From Felis catus (lineage: Eukaryota): a DNA stretch of 64,000 nucleotides. The stretch lies in the NCBI RefSeq assembly GCF_018350175.1, contig NC_058368.1, positions 38,690,001-38,754,000 on the forward strand, given 5' to 3'. Made by a program: the position numbers and the translations under genes. Positions 50,841 to 63,344 of this stretch are shown here, piece by piece. The first letter of the stretch is position 1, and every line of letters starts with the position of its first letter. The notes beneath the pieces are model-generated. The model ran no database searches. It worked only from the letters and a program-made list of their open reading frames with translations, and was not told the DNA's origin.

Positions 50841-53056
50841 ATTACATTCCATGCATCACATGCTACAAGTAACTGTATACTACGTAGTATGTAATTCTTA
50901 ATTTTAACTGAACGAAATGATTGGTTTAGAATTGACTTTAGTATTCACATTTAATGTTTATCTTTGTGTATGAAATTTTGTCATTAAAATTTGAACAAAT
51001 TCTACCTTTTTAGTTGATTCTTTTTGCCTAAAAAATGATTTCAGAGTTCTTAAAGAATAATTATTCCCTAAGTGGTTGTTCTTTAGTCAGAGTCTATGAA
51101 AATCCATGTGATTTTTAAAAATATAATGTAGATTTAATGTGAATTCAAAAATACCATGATTTTGACTATTTTCTGCATGTAAACTCATTTGACATAAGCA
51201 GAATTAGAATGAGAAATTCATCTCCTTCATTTGTCATATCAGGAGCCACTTTGGCTAATCCTATTGTCTGTGTAGCCAGATGACTGGCACGTCAAAAATC
51301 GCCCAGCCACTCCTGTTAAAGTCAGTGGAAGTCACACCGTGTATCTCTACTCACCATTTTGACAGTTTGGGAACAGGAGATAACACATCATAAACAATCT
51401 ACCAGGAAATGTGTACTAAAAAAAAAAAAAAGAACATAATAGGATTGCAATTTATTCTGTTCCCCTTACTTATCAGCTTTCTGCATGTGGTTGATTTAAA
51501 ACCTTGTAAAAAAGTCAGAAGATTATTTATAGTTTTCTTCCCTAGAAATGAGCACATTTTGAGCCCAGGCAGGTTAAAATATGAAATATGTTAAAATGGT
51601 ATTTCTATTCGATCCAAGACTTTAAAAAGATGCAATGTAACAGAGCATTCTGACTCAAGAAGATGACTATTTTCAGGGAGATAAAAGCTGACATTGATAA
51701 CAAAATGTTTATATTAGTGGTTTATAATATAGGTGTCCCATGGATGATTTTGATAGATCCCTAGTTAGAAATATATACTGAGTTTGCATATTTTGACTTG
51801 TTTTCAGGGTGAAAAATATGCTTTTCAGAATATAATGTTTTTATCCAGTAAAAAGGAAACTGAGTTTGTGGTATAATCAATATATAGATAATAGCCAATT
51901 TGGCAAAATGAGCAATTTTGTCTGCTCTATTTTAGTATGCATTGTATTCTTTAAGAAATGAAAATACAAAGACTACAATAATTCTCACATTGATAATAGT
52001 TGGATTCTGAAAGATTTACATTCAATAGACCACATAATAATTTATGGATTTTCTTATACATTTCTAAAATGTCCAAAAACAGGAACAATCTGGTTACCTT
52101 ACATTTATTCTATATGATCGTACCATTATATTAATTACTGTTGTGTACTAATTACTGTTGTGTACATTCCTGGGAAGTGGATGATAATTAAAATGCCAAA
52201 GGATACACTGAGGAGAACAAATACATGGATTATTTCACCATAAAATTATCAATGCTTAAATAAAAACAATTTTTTGGGCCCAAATGTTCCTTGTATAATA
52301 AAGCAATTTCTAAAGATTGTTTTTCAGAAGGACAGATATGCAAAGGGCCTTGTGCAATTTATGTACATGCATACATTCATTTAAAAACATCAGTTTAAAG
52401 TACCAAGAAAACATATTTTTCAACATTGTCTTTAAGATAGAAACTAATTTGTGTACATTAGGACTAAGACTGAAATGAATTCAGTTATCTAATTTGCAAA
52501 ATGAGGTAAGCGGAGAAATGAGGAACCAAGAATTTGCTCACGGCTACCCTACGTTACAAAACACTAAGATAATGAAGACAGAAACAGCTTATAACAGTAG
52601 TGTGCTGCTTCAAAGTATAGATGTCTCCTGACCCACCTTCCATAACTGCACGCAAGAGTCAATTCCTTTACTCATCCAAGTGAGAATTTTCAATTCACAT
52701 CAACCACACCTCCACTACCAGAGAGAAGAGACTCCAATGAGAACCTTAGAACAGTTCCCTCATATTTTGCCTAGTCCTTGGGTTTGATACCAATTGGAAC
52801 AATAGGAGAGACCAATAATCCTAGAACTAAGTTGACACTGAAGACAAACAAGTGGCCAATCTAAAAAAGGAGGGGTAAAGGAAATGGAGAATTTATTTTA
52901 GAAATAATAGGACTTTTTATGAAGCCATGCTCTATAATATATTGTCACATATATAGTGATCCATGTAATAGTCTTGTGCACACAGAAACAAACCTACAGA
53001 TTCATAGATAGGTGATAGAAGTAACGCTGAGGAAAATGGGTAAAGGTAGACTTTTC

Positions 53057-53381
53057 TTTTTTTTTTTAAATATATGAAATTTATTGTCAAATTGGTTTCC
53101 ATACAACACCCAGTGTTCATCCCAAAAGATGCCCTCTTCAATACCCATCACCCACCCTCCCCTCCCTCCCATCCTCCATCAGCCCTCAGTTCTCATTTTT
53201 TAAGAGTCTCTTATGCTTTGGCTCTCTCCCACTCTAACCATTCTCTTTTTTTCTTTTTCTTCCCCTCACCCATGGGTTCCTGTTAAGTTTCTCAGGATCC
53301 ACATAAGAGTGAAATCATATGGTATCTGTCTTTCTCTGTATGGCTTGTTTCTCTTAGCATAACACTCTCCAGTTCTGTCCA
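53057..53381 (-). mobile_element. 5'-truncated felid L1 3' end (same family as 38812-44510)
   Basis: Closely matches the reverse complement of about 44186-44495; perfect 15-bp TSD aaaggtagacttttc (53042-53056, 53382-53396). Confidence 0.96.
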
Positions 53382-53431
53382 AAAGGTAGACTTTTCAAAT
53401 CATAGTGGGAATGCATTACAAAATTAAAATG

Positions 53432-53649
53432 GGGGCACCTGCGTGGCTCAGTCAGTTAAGCGTCTGACTCTTGGTTTTGACTCAGGTCATGATCTCACTG
53501 TTCATGGGTTCAAACCCCACATCAGACTCTGAGTTGACAACATGGAGCCCGCTTGGGATTCTCTCTCTCTGCCTTTCCTCTGCTCAATCTCTCTCTCTCA
53601 TTCATTCTCTCTGTCTCTCTCTCTCTCTCTCAAAATAAATAAACATTAA
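53432..53649 (+). mobile_element. older Can-SINE subfamily
   Basis: ggggcacctgcgtggctcagtcagttaag head; TSD aaaattaaaatg / aaaattaaagtg. Confidence 0.94.
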
Positions 53650-54404
53650 AAAATTAAAGTGAGTCCTTGTCTCAGCCCATAAAATAAATCCCTTCCATGT
53701 AAATCAGTTATTCATTGTAAACAGCAAAACTATAGTGTTAAAAAATATTATAAGATACTATCTTAATGAAACCATAGTAAAGAATTAAAAAATTATTTTC
53801 TTTACTATTAATCTTAAAGGAAAAGATAGTACATTAAAATTAAGTTAATCACCATATGCCAAAAAGAGAATGAAAATGTGACAGTATGTGCAAAAGCCAA
53901 AATGTGGGAGTGAAAAAGCCAAGTGTGTAGGAAGGTATTTTCAACATGTATTTTTCAATACATAGAACCAACAAATGGCAAGTGATCAAAATATGGAAAG
54001 AAGTATATATGAAAGAATTTTTTTAAAATATACTCTAAAGAATGGGCAAATGACTTTAAAAGCTACTACAAATACAGTAAATCCAAGTGTTAAAAAATAT
54101 TAATGACATTTTATTCCAGGAAATCAAAATGGCCATTAAAATGTAATCACAGTAGGCACATTCTAGAGTCAGGTGGCAATGCCAAAGTGAGCTCACAGAC
54201 CAAAGACAACTCTTAGTATTCTGCTATTAACTGGTATAACTTCTTTGGGTATAATGTAACATTGTCTAGGTAAGTAAAGATATCCAGAGCCTGTGGCCCC
54301 CTCTTACATAAATATCTCAAATAAACTCAAGTATTCATGTAATTAAGATATGTTCTCAACTGTTCATACTATCCTTTCTTTCCATTATGGTTCCAAAATG
54401 TGAA

Positions 54405-54407
<3 letters not shown>

Positions 54408-54466
<59 letters not shown>

Positions 54467-54513
54467 GTATACGTATATGTATACATATATATATGTATAT
54501 ATATATATATATA
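54408..54513. repeat. compound (TA)n/(TATG) microsatellite
   Basis: Long TA run with TG interruptions followed by a T run. Confidence 0.95.
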
Positions 54514-56311
54514 TTTTTTTTTTTACCCACATCAAAATGGATTTAAAAAAATTTAGTCTCCTCATACAATAGGATACTATTTGGTAACAGAAGGATGAGC
54601 AAATTCCAGTTACAGGCAACAACTGTGAAAAATCACATAAAATAATATTAAGGAAAAGACACAAGACAAAAAATAAACCCATACTGTAAAAGTCAGATAT
54701 AGTCTAAACTAAAATATATTGTTTATGGTTGTGTCCATAATTGGTAAAATTATCATTGAGTGCAAGGTTATGATTATCGCAAAAAGGAGAATGGTTATTT
54801 CTATTCCACTATCTATTATCCACCCTCTCTAATTTGGCTTCTCTTCTAGTTTTTTCCTTTTCCTATTCCTCTCATCGTTTTCACTACAACATCCCTACAT
54901 AAAGCATTCTACTTAGAATGAAGTATGTAGTCGATTAGCCCATTGCTGCTTCATTTTTAGCAAAACGCATTTCTTGGATAAGAGTTATATTGAATAGGTT
55001 TGATATTGGGTCTATTACTTGTGTGAGTTTTATTTGGTTGACTATTTTTGCTGTTAAAGGAAATCCTATTGTGGTGCTCTCTATTTATGGGATGAAGACA
55101 AAAACATTTTTCAGATAATAGTTCTATACCATAAACCAGAGGCGAAATGTTTTTGCTCCAAGAGAAAGTCCACCCGGAAAAGCATCTGTGTATGAGGCCA
55201 CCATCCTAATATGTTTCTAATAGTGTGCCATTAATTTCTAAGAAGTAACCATATTCAATATAGTTCAGCCTGGAGAATTCATTATAAGTGTAATGAGAAT
55301 CATTTTTTTTTTTGGTCAATCCTTATAGTCTCTTATTCTGTCACTAATTTCTGGGATTTTATGTTTTACATTATTATTTTGAATCTTGTATTTTGAGTGG
55401 GGTAAATTGTGCCAGGTCATTTATTTTGCTTTTTCCTTTGTAATTGATCTTAGCCTTCAGTTTAGAGACTTAATATGTTACGGCAATTATAGTTACAACT
55501 GAAAACCAAGTATGTGAAGCGTTGACTCTGGGATTAATGCAGGGACACCCTGGGCCTACAGTGAAGAAACTCTTTTTTCCCATTTATCACTTGACCTTCA
55601 CAAAACACCTGCAAGAAGTAGATGACAGTAATTCTTATTTCTATGAAATTAACATCTCAAAATTGGTATCTGATAATCTCATGTATACCTGGACATTTCC
55701 TTTTCTCTTGTGTACGTTATGATGGTAGATAGCAGGAGGTGCCTTTAAAAGATTAAGGGAAATTTTAAGGTATGTACTTCTGATATGATTTCAGGTACTT
55801 CCTTGAGTGTATTTGGTGTCTTTTTTATTCAAAGGGAGTTAAGTCAATGGACTGAAGCAGTCTGCTAACTGAAGACATTAAGAATGGTTAGGAATTTGTT
55901 TCTCGGCTCAGACATCTGTTAAGTTGATCATATTATTATATCTCAATTATACTTTGACCCCTGAAGATGTTTATGGTACTATCCCTGGTGTGACTCTGCA
56001 ATTACCTAGTTTTCTAATATCTAGGAAAGAAAGGAAAAGTATTTTCTATTTATTGGGTCAATTTTATAGCTATAAATTTTTCCGTGAGTATTGTTTGGTT
56101 GCATCTCACATCTCAAAGCTTTTTTTGTTACGCTTCTGGTTTTCTAAAATTAAGGTATGATTGACATACAATGTTTTGTTCATTTTAGCTGTACCACATA
56201 ATTTGATATTTGTATGTATTGCAAAATGATCACCACAGTTACAGAATTTGTGTGTGTGATGAAAACTTTTAAGATCTACTTTCTCAGCAACTTTAAGATA
56301 TACAATAAAGT

Positions 56312-56370
56312 TATTACACTGATAAGAACAGATACTACACTTGATCTTAGCCAAAAGGCCGAGAAGCAAT
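56312..56370 (-). pseudogene. U2: U2 snRNA 3'-truncated (tailless) retropseudogene, U2 nt 1-59
   Basis: Minus strand reads ATTGCTTCTCGGCCTTTTGGCTAAGATCAAGTGTAGTATCTGTTCTTATCAGTGTAATA, the U2 5' end with 2 mismatches, including the branch-point recognition sequence GTAGTA; perfect 16-bp TSD tacaataaagttatta. Confidence 0.96.
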
Positions 56371-57342
56371 TACAATAAAGTTATTAATTATGGTCACCAT
56401 GCTGTAAATTACATCCCAGTGACTTACTTATTGTATTACTGTACCCTTCACTCCCTTCACCATTTCTCACACCCCAACCCTCTGCCTCTGGCAACCACCA
56501 ATCTGTTCTCTGTATCCATGAGCTTAGGTTTGTTTGTTTATTTTAGGTTCTACATATAAGTGAGATCATATGGTTTTTGCCTTTTCTGTCTGCCTTACTT
56601 CATTAAGCATAATGCCTTCAAGGTCCATCCATGTTGTCACAAATGCAAGATTTCAGTCTTTTTTTTTTATGTTGAATAACATTCTGTTGTGTATATAGAC
56701 CCCATTTTCTTCATCAATTCATCCATCACTGGACACTTAAGGTTGTTTCCATATCTTGGCTAATGTAAATAATGCAGTGAATGTGGGGATGCATGTATCT
56801 TTTCAAGTTAGTGTTTTTGTTATTGGTTAAATGCCGAAAATTGGAGTTGCTAGATCTTACAGTAGTTCTATTTTTAATTTTTTGAGGAACCTGCATACTG
56901 TTTTCTGTACTGGGTGCACCAATTTACACTCCCACCAATTGTGCACCAGGGTTTTGTTTACCCACATCCTTACCAGCCCTTATTTCTTCTCTTTTTGATA
57001 AGAGTCTTTCCAGTCGGTGTGAGGTGATCCCTCATTGTAGTTTTGCTTTGAATTTTTCTCATGATTAGAAATGTTGGGCATCTTTTCTTATACTTGTTAG
57101 CCATACGTATGTTTTTGGACAAATGTCTATTCAGATGCTCCACCCATTTTTAAGTGGGATTGTTGGCTTTTTCTATTGAGTTTTTATATAATTTTGGATA
57201 TTAACTTATCAGATATATGATTTGCATATATTTTCTCCAATTCTGTAGCTTGCCTTTTCATTTCACTAGTTTTTTACTGTGCAGAAAATTTTTAGATTGA
57301 TATAGGCCCACTTATTTTTTTAAATAAGTAGCTACTTATTTA

Positions 57343-57458
57343 TTTTTTTATTTATATAATTATTTTTTAGTGAGCTCTACATCCAATGTAGGGCTTGAAG
57401 TCACCACTCTGAGATCAAGAATCACATGGTCTACTGACTGAACCAGCTAGGTGTCCCT
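57343..57458 (-). mobile_element. short tRNA-Lys-like carnivore SINE (no CT tract)
   Basis: Minus strand gggacacctagctggttcagtcagtagaccatgtgattcttgatctcagagtggtgacttcaagccctacattggatgtagag plus an A-rich tail. Confidence 0.85.
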
Positions 57459-57960
57459 AGTCCCACTTATGTAGTCCCCCTTATTTTGTTACCTTTGCTT
57501 TTTGTGTCAGATTGAAAAATTATTACAAGACCAGTGTCAAGGAGCTTATCATCTATGTTTTCTTCTAGGATTTTTATGGTTTCACGCCTTACATTCAAGC
57601 CTATAATTCATTTTGAGTTAATTTTTGTGTGTAGTGTAAGATAATGATCCAATATTATTCTTTTGCATGTAGCTGTCCAGTATTCCCAACACCATTTATT
57701 GAATACTGTCCCTTTACTATTGTATATTCCTGGGTCCTTTTTAATAAATTAACTGAGCATATATGCAAGAGTTTATTTCTGGACTGTGTCTTCTGTTCCA
57801 TTGATCTTTATGTCTGTTTTTATGCCAATACCATACTGTTTTGATTACTATAGCTTTATAATAGAGTTTGAAGTGAGGGAATATAATGCCTCCAGCTTTG
57901 TTCTTCTTTCTTAAGATTGCTTTGACATTACAGGGTCTTTTGTGGTTCCATACTTCTGAT

Positions 57961-58935
57961 TTTTTTAGACATTGTTTTTTAGAGAAGTCGTAGGTTTACA
58001 TTAAAATTAAGAGAGAAGTACAGAGATTTTCCATATACCCTTTGCTCCCAAACATAAAAAAACTTTCCCATTATCAACATCACTAACCAGAATGATACTT
58101 TCTTTTTTTTTTTAAACAAATATGGACTTACATGGATACATCATAATTACCCAAAGTACATAGTTTACCTCAGGATTCACTCTTTCTGTTATACATTCAG
58201 TGGGTTTGGACAAATGTGTAATGGAATATACCAGTCATTATAATATCATTATAATCATCTGTTTTTGCCTGTTAATCTCCTTATCCCCATCCCCAGAAAC
58301 CATAGATCTTTGTATTATCTCCATACTTTTGCATTTTCCAGAATGTCTGTAGTTGAAATCATATAGTATGTAGCCTTTCAAGATTGGTTTCTTTCACTTA
58401 CTAATGTGCACTTAAAATTCCTCCAGGTCTTTTTGTGACCTGATAGCTCATTTATTTTTAGTGATGAATAATATTCCATTATCTGAATGTATTCGAGTTT
58501 GTTTATTCATTTACCTACTGAAGGACATCTTGGGAATTACCAAATTTTGGCAATTATGAAAAAAACTATAAAAATATTTATGCAGGTTTTTTTGTGAATA
58601 TAAGTTTTCACCTACTTTGGATAAATACCACAGAATGTGATTGCTGGATTGTATGGTAAGAGAACTTCGGTTTTATAGAAGACTGTCAAACTGTCCTCCA
58701 AAGTGGCTGCACCATTATGCATTCCCACCAACAGTGTCTGAGGTTTCCTATTGCTCTACATCCTGGTCAGCATTTGGTGTTGTCATTGTTCCCGATTTTG
58801 AGCATTCTAGTAGACCTGTAGTAGAGGTACCTTGTTGTTTTCAGTTGCATTTCCCTGATGGCATTAAAATATGCAGTGTCTTTCCATATGCTTATTTTCA
58901 TCTATATACTTTTGTGAGATTTTTGTCTCTCATTT
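57961..58935 (-). mobile_element. older L1 (L1MB/L1MC-like) 3' end
   Basis: aagtacagagattttccatataccc...ccaaagtacatagtttac...gactgtcaaactgtcctccaaagtggctgcaccatt. Confidence 0.8.
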
Positions 58936-59109
58936 TTTATATTAAATTCTCCCATTTTTTATTCCTAAGTAGTTTAAAACTGCAGTTTATTTCTGTTATT
59001 ACACAAAATTAATTTAAATATTTAAACTGAAATTGGTTAATTTTATTTCATTTTGGTAATGGGCCATTATAGAATATAATTATTTTCCCTTTGGAATTAT
59101 TTTCCCCCC

Positions 59110-59310
59110 AATGGCTACACTTTATAGCACATATAATTGACATATATCACTGGGTGAGCTTAAGGTATACAATATGATGATACGATACATGTATATATTG
59201 TAAAATGGTCACCACATGTTGGTGAACACATCCATCAAGTCACATAATTACCATTCTATTATTATTATGGTAAGATCAAGTATAATCTTTCAGAATGTAA
59301 AATCTACACC
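59110..59310 (-). mobile_element. L1 3'UTR fragment
   Basis: tataattgacatatatcactg...aaggtatacaatatgatgat...cacatccatcaagtcacataattac. Confidence 0.65.
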
Positions 59311-59668
59311 TATTTATGTCTGTATGTAAGGATGAATATATATACATTTTTTTTATTAATTTTAACGTTTTGTGTTTGTAGATACTTACTCAACTTGAGT
59401 GAGTTCTTGACTGAGAGTCAGATTTTAAATTCACAATAGTTGCTCATTAGAACTTGCCAAATGTTTTTATATAAAATTTCATACTTTTTAAATAATGTCT
59501 TATGTGACATATCTGGTAGAAATTTGAATATATTTTGTTTCCTTTGGAGTTTGCCAGTTTTGTTTCTGTTATTTTTATCTTTGGGTATTTTAAGAGTTTT
59601 AATGGTATTCTGAAATTTTATTATAGTCTGTTGAGTTTTAGTAATACATTTGGATTTGCACTACTCTA

Positions 59669-59906
59669 TTTTTTAAAAATTTTTAATGTTTATTTTTGAG
59701 AGAGAGTTTATTAACTCTGTTTATTAATGTTTATTTTTGAGAGAGCAGGGGAGGGGCAGAGAGAGGGGGAGACACAGAATCCAAAGCAGGCTCCAGGCTC
59801 TGAGCTGTCAGCACAGAGCCTGATGCGGGTCTCAAACCCACAAACCATGAGATCATGACCTGAGCCGAAGTCAGACGCTCAACTGACTGAACCACCCCGG
59901 TGCCCC
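59669..59906 (-). mobile_element. Can-SINE with rearranged tail
   Basis: Head gaaccaccccggtgcccc; tail segment ttaatgtttatttttgagagag occurs twice. Confidence 0.94.
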
Positions 59907-60167
59907 TACTTTGCTATTTTAATTCCACTGCAGTGGGCATCTTCATCTCTGGGATTTTTTTTTTTTAAGTCACTGAGTATTATGTTCTAAACTTTCTTCT
60001 TTCCCATGATGAAAATTCTGGGACTTCTCTATTACATGCATGTTATCTCTTTTAACTTGTCCCTCTTACTTTCCTCACTTTGTGTCTAATGCTATATTGT
60101 ATACAAAATGATAAACCTCTACAATTCCAGCAAGTAATTTATTTGAACAGTTTACTTACAGAGCCAG

Positions 60168-61390
60168 TTTTTTTTTTTAATTCCAGTTATATTAGTTTCA
60201 GGTATGCAACATAGTGATTCAACAATTCTATACTTTACTCAGGATTCATTACAATAAGTGTACTCTTAATTCCCTTCACCTATTTCACCCAATCTCTGCC
60301 CCTGCCCACATCCCCTCTGGTAATCACCAGTTTGTTCTCTATGGTTAAAAGTCTTTTTTTTTTATTTGTCTCTTTTTCCTTTGTCTTGTATATTAAATTC
60401 CACATATTAGTGAAATCATACAGTATTTGTCTTTCTCTGACTTATTTCACCTAGCATTATACTATCTAGCTTCATCAATGTTGTTGTAAATGGAAAGATT
60501 TCATTCATTTTTATGACTGAATAGTACTCCAGTGTGTGTGTGTGTGTGTGTGTGTGTGTCTGTGTGTGTCTGTGTGTGCGCTCGCACGCACACACAGACA
60601 CACACCACTTCTTCCTTATCCATTCACCTATCCATGGTTACTTGGTCTGTTTGCATAATTTGGCTGTTTTAACTAATGCTACAATAAACACAGGGGTGTA
60701 TATATTTTTTATAATTAGCATTTTCATATTATTTAGGTTAATACCCAGTAATGCAATTAATGAATCATAGGTCATTCTATTTTTAATTTTTTGAGGAATC
60801 TCCATACTGTTTTTCAGAGTTGGCACACCAGTTTGCATTCCCACCAACAGTGCATGAGCGTTCCTTTTTCTCCACATCTTCACCAATACTTGTTGTTTCT
60901 TGTGTTTTTGAATTTAGCCATTCTAACAGGTGTGAGATTGTACTTCATTGTGGTTTTGATTTCCCTGATGGTGAGTGATGTTGAGCATCTTTTCACTTGT
61001 CTGTTGGCCATCTGGATGTTTTCTTGGCAAAAAGCTTATTCATGTCTTCTGCTCATTTTTTAATTGGCTTATTGGGTTTTTTGGGTGTTGAGTTTATAAG
61101 TTATATATTTTGGATGCTAACCCTTTATTGGATATGTCAGTTGCAGATATCTTCTCCCATTCAGTAGGCTTTTAGTTTTATTCATTGTTTCCTTTGCTGT
61201 GCAGAAGCTTTTTGTTTTGATATAGACCAACAGTTCATTTTTGCTTTTACTTCCCTTGCCTCAGAAGACATATCCAGAAAGTGTTTGCTTCGGCTGATGT
61301 CAGAAAAATTATTGCCTGTGCTCACTTCTAGGATTTGTATGGTTTTAGGTCTTATATTTAAATCTTTAACCCATTTGGAGTTTATTTTTG
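60168..61390 (-). mobile_element. carnivore L1 3' part (ORF2 C-terminus plus 3'UTR) containing a (TG)n microsatellite at about 60533-60578
   Basis: T-tail, attagtttcaggtatgcaacatagtgattc 3'UTR, and tttttgaggaatctccatactg and gcagaagctttt ORF2 motifs. Confidence 0.9.
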
Positions 61391-61849
61391 CTTATTGAGT
61401 TTGCTCAATAAAAAATTTGCTGCTTTCTAATGAAATACAAAGGCTTCATTACACAAACTCTGTTGAACTTCCTTGAAATTGCTATTGAGTAATCCCTTAG
61501 CCTTAAGATATCACTGAACTACAAATATTTTATTCAATATCACGTTTCAGTGTGTCTCTGGCTCTTACATGCATGGAGATAAATAATTTCTGAATTTTGA
61601 AAGCAATAGGTGATCTTCTCTGATACAGATAGTAAGGATTATAAAAAACAACAACAATAAAACAACAACAACAACAACAATAAAAAGTACAGTAGAGCAA
61701 GATTGTAAGTTTGTAACCTTCCTTACATTCATAGCTTCAAAGACAGGAAAAATTCTCCATTAGCAAGTTTAGAAGTTTGGCCAAGATTTCTTCTTGTCGT
61801 CCTTTTAATCTTATGGATTTTTAAAATATGGCTTTAAAATTAGAGTGTA

Positions 61850-62078
61850 GGGGACACCTGGGTGGCTTAGTTGCTTGAGCATCCGACTTCGTCTCAGGTC
61901 ATTATCTCACAGTTTGTGAGTCCCAGCCCCACATAGGGCTCTATGCTGACAGCGTGGAGCCTAGAGCCTATTTCAGATTCTGTCTCCCTCTCTCTCTCTG
62001 CCTCTCTCCTGCTTGTGCTTACCCACTCGCTTTCTCTCCCTCTCTGTCTCTCAAAAACAAACATTAAAAATTTTTTTA
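61850..62078 (+). mobile_element. Can-SINE
   Basis: ggggacacctgggtggcttagttg head, CT tract, A-tail; partial TSD aaaattagag. Confidence 0.93.
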
Positions 62079-62144
62079 ATGGATAAACAAAATTAGAGCT
62101 TTTGATTATGCCATAGACACTAATATTTTGAGTAAGTTAATTGT

Positions 62145-62293
62145 ATGTGGATGACCTTTGACAGCATCATCCAGGATGATTTATAAAAATGCAGATCCTG
62201 AAACCTCCCAAGCTTTTGTGATAGTTTCACGTAATGTGCATTTTAACAAGCTCCCCAGTGATACTTCCACTCACAAAAGGTTGGGTATCACTG
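62145..62293. mobile_element. MER5-like hAT MITE
   Basis: aaaaatgcagatcctg...tgtgcattttaacaagctccccagtgatac...aaggttgggtatcactg. Confidence 0.7.
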
Positions 62294-63052
62294 ATAAGAA
62301 CATTCTCTGACATATTTGCAAACTTCATTATGTTAGAGATTTTGAGAATATGGAAAACAATCTTTTATTTCTCCGAGAAACGCTGTCAACATGAACACTG
62401 ATATTCATTGAGAGGGAAAGGGAAAGTTAAAAATAAAAGTATCAGTAAAGTACATGAATATCTATGTTCTTAACTCTCCATTAACATGAAACAAATATGC
62501 CAGATGGTAAATGCCCTACTTACAAAACACCGGGAATTCACTGATCCCCAAGCAGAGATCCCTAGAAAGTAATTTGTGTCACTCAAGGCAACAAAACATA
62601 TTGATAAATTGTGCTCAGTGTTCATGAAAATGATTGGATTCAAACCGAGGAACTTGAACATGTGGCATTATGGAGCAGAGAGCATTTAGTTTATTAAATA
62701 AAGTTCTCTCACAAATATCCCATACCAGAGAGCAAAAATAAAAGCAGTAGTATAATGACTTTCTTAATTGCTATAAGATTAAGAAGTATTGAAACTTAAC
62801 TTTTGGTTATGTATCATATTAATATATATATGAATTATTTTTTCAGATACCATAAATAACCATAAGAGTTAGAGAAATATACGCTCAGAAGGTCCTTGTA
62901 ATTTTAGACATTCTGTGGCAGTAATATAACTTTTCTTAGAAAATATATTACATCTTCAGGTGGGTCAGTTACCACCATTTAAGTTATTTTAATTCTGAAT
63001 GATGATTGTACATTGATTTTTAAAGATTAATTCTAAGTTGCAGGCATGCTTT

Positions 63053-63276
63053 TAAAATTTTTATTTTTTTTATTTTTTTTTTTTTTTTGAGGGAGAGAGA
63101 GACACAGAGCACAAGCGAGGGTGGGACAGAGAGAGAGGGAGACAAAGAATCCAAAGCAGGATCCAGGTTCTGAGCTGTCAGCACAGAACCTGACGTGGAG
63201 CTTGAACCCACCAACAGTGGGATCACGACCTGAGCCAAAGTCGGATACTTAACTGAATGAGCCACCCAAGCACCCC
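63053..63276 (-). mobile_element. Can-SINE
   Basis: Head gagccacccaagcacccc; TSD ggcatgcttt / ggcatgtttt. Confidence 0.95.
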
Positions 63277-63344
63277 GGCATGTTTTTTTTAAAGATATGT
63301 AGTAATCTTATCAGTAAAATTTGGTATTAAACCAGAACTCATAT

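Larger units (their letters stand above)
52960..54800 (+). mobile_element. ancient L1 (L1ME-like) ORF2 3' region and 3'UTR, host to younger insertions
   Basis: aaaggtagacttttc|aaat...|agtccttgtctcagcccata, aaagaatgggcaaatgacttt and aggcaacaactgtgaaaaatcacataaaataatattaagg are degraded L1 motifs. Confidence 0.55.
56144..57952 (-). mobile_element. old L1 (L1MA/L1_Carn-like) 3' part, 5'-truncated
   Basis: L1 3'UTR and ORF2 C-terminus on the minus strand; probable TSD cttctggtttt / cttctgatttt (56133-56143, 57953-57963); hosts the U2 retrocopy and a short SINE. Confidence 0.85.

Noticed and set aside
54387..54682. YI-repeat ORFs (also 15668-15859 and 29116-29388)
   Set aside because: Translations of (TA)n microsatellites.
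56312..56370. Functional U2 gene or U2-L1 template-switch chimera
   Set aside because: It lacks the Sm site and 3' two-thirds of U2 and shows no snRNA promoter context. It has its own TSD in the middle of an L1 3'UTR, so it is a secondary insertion rather than a 5' chimera.
57343..57458. tRNA gene
   Set aside because: tRNA-Lys-like but degenerate, with an A-rich tail and duplicated target; it is a SINE/retrocopy.
9713..63265. Family of similar short ORFs beginning MAQ(S/W)VK
   Set aside because: All are translations of Can-SINE bodies, not a protein family.
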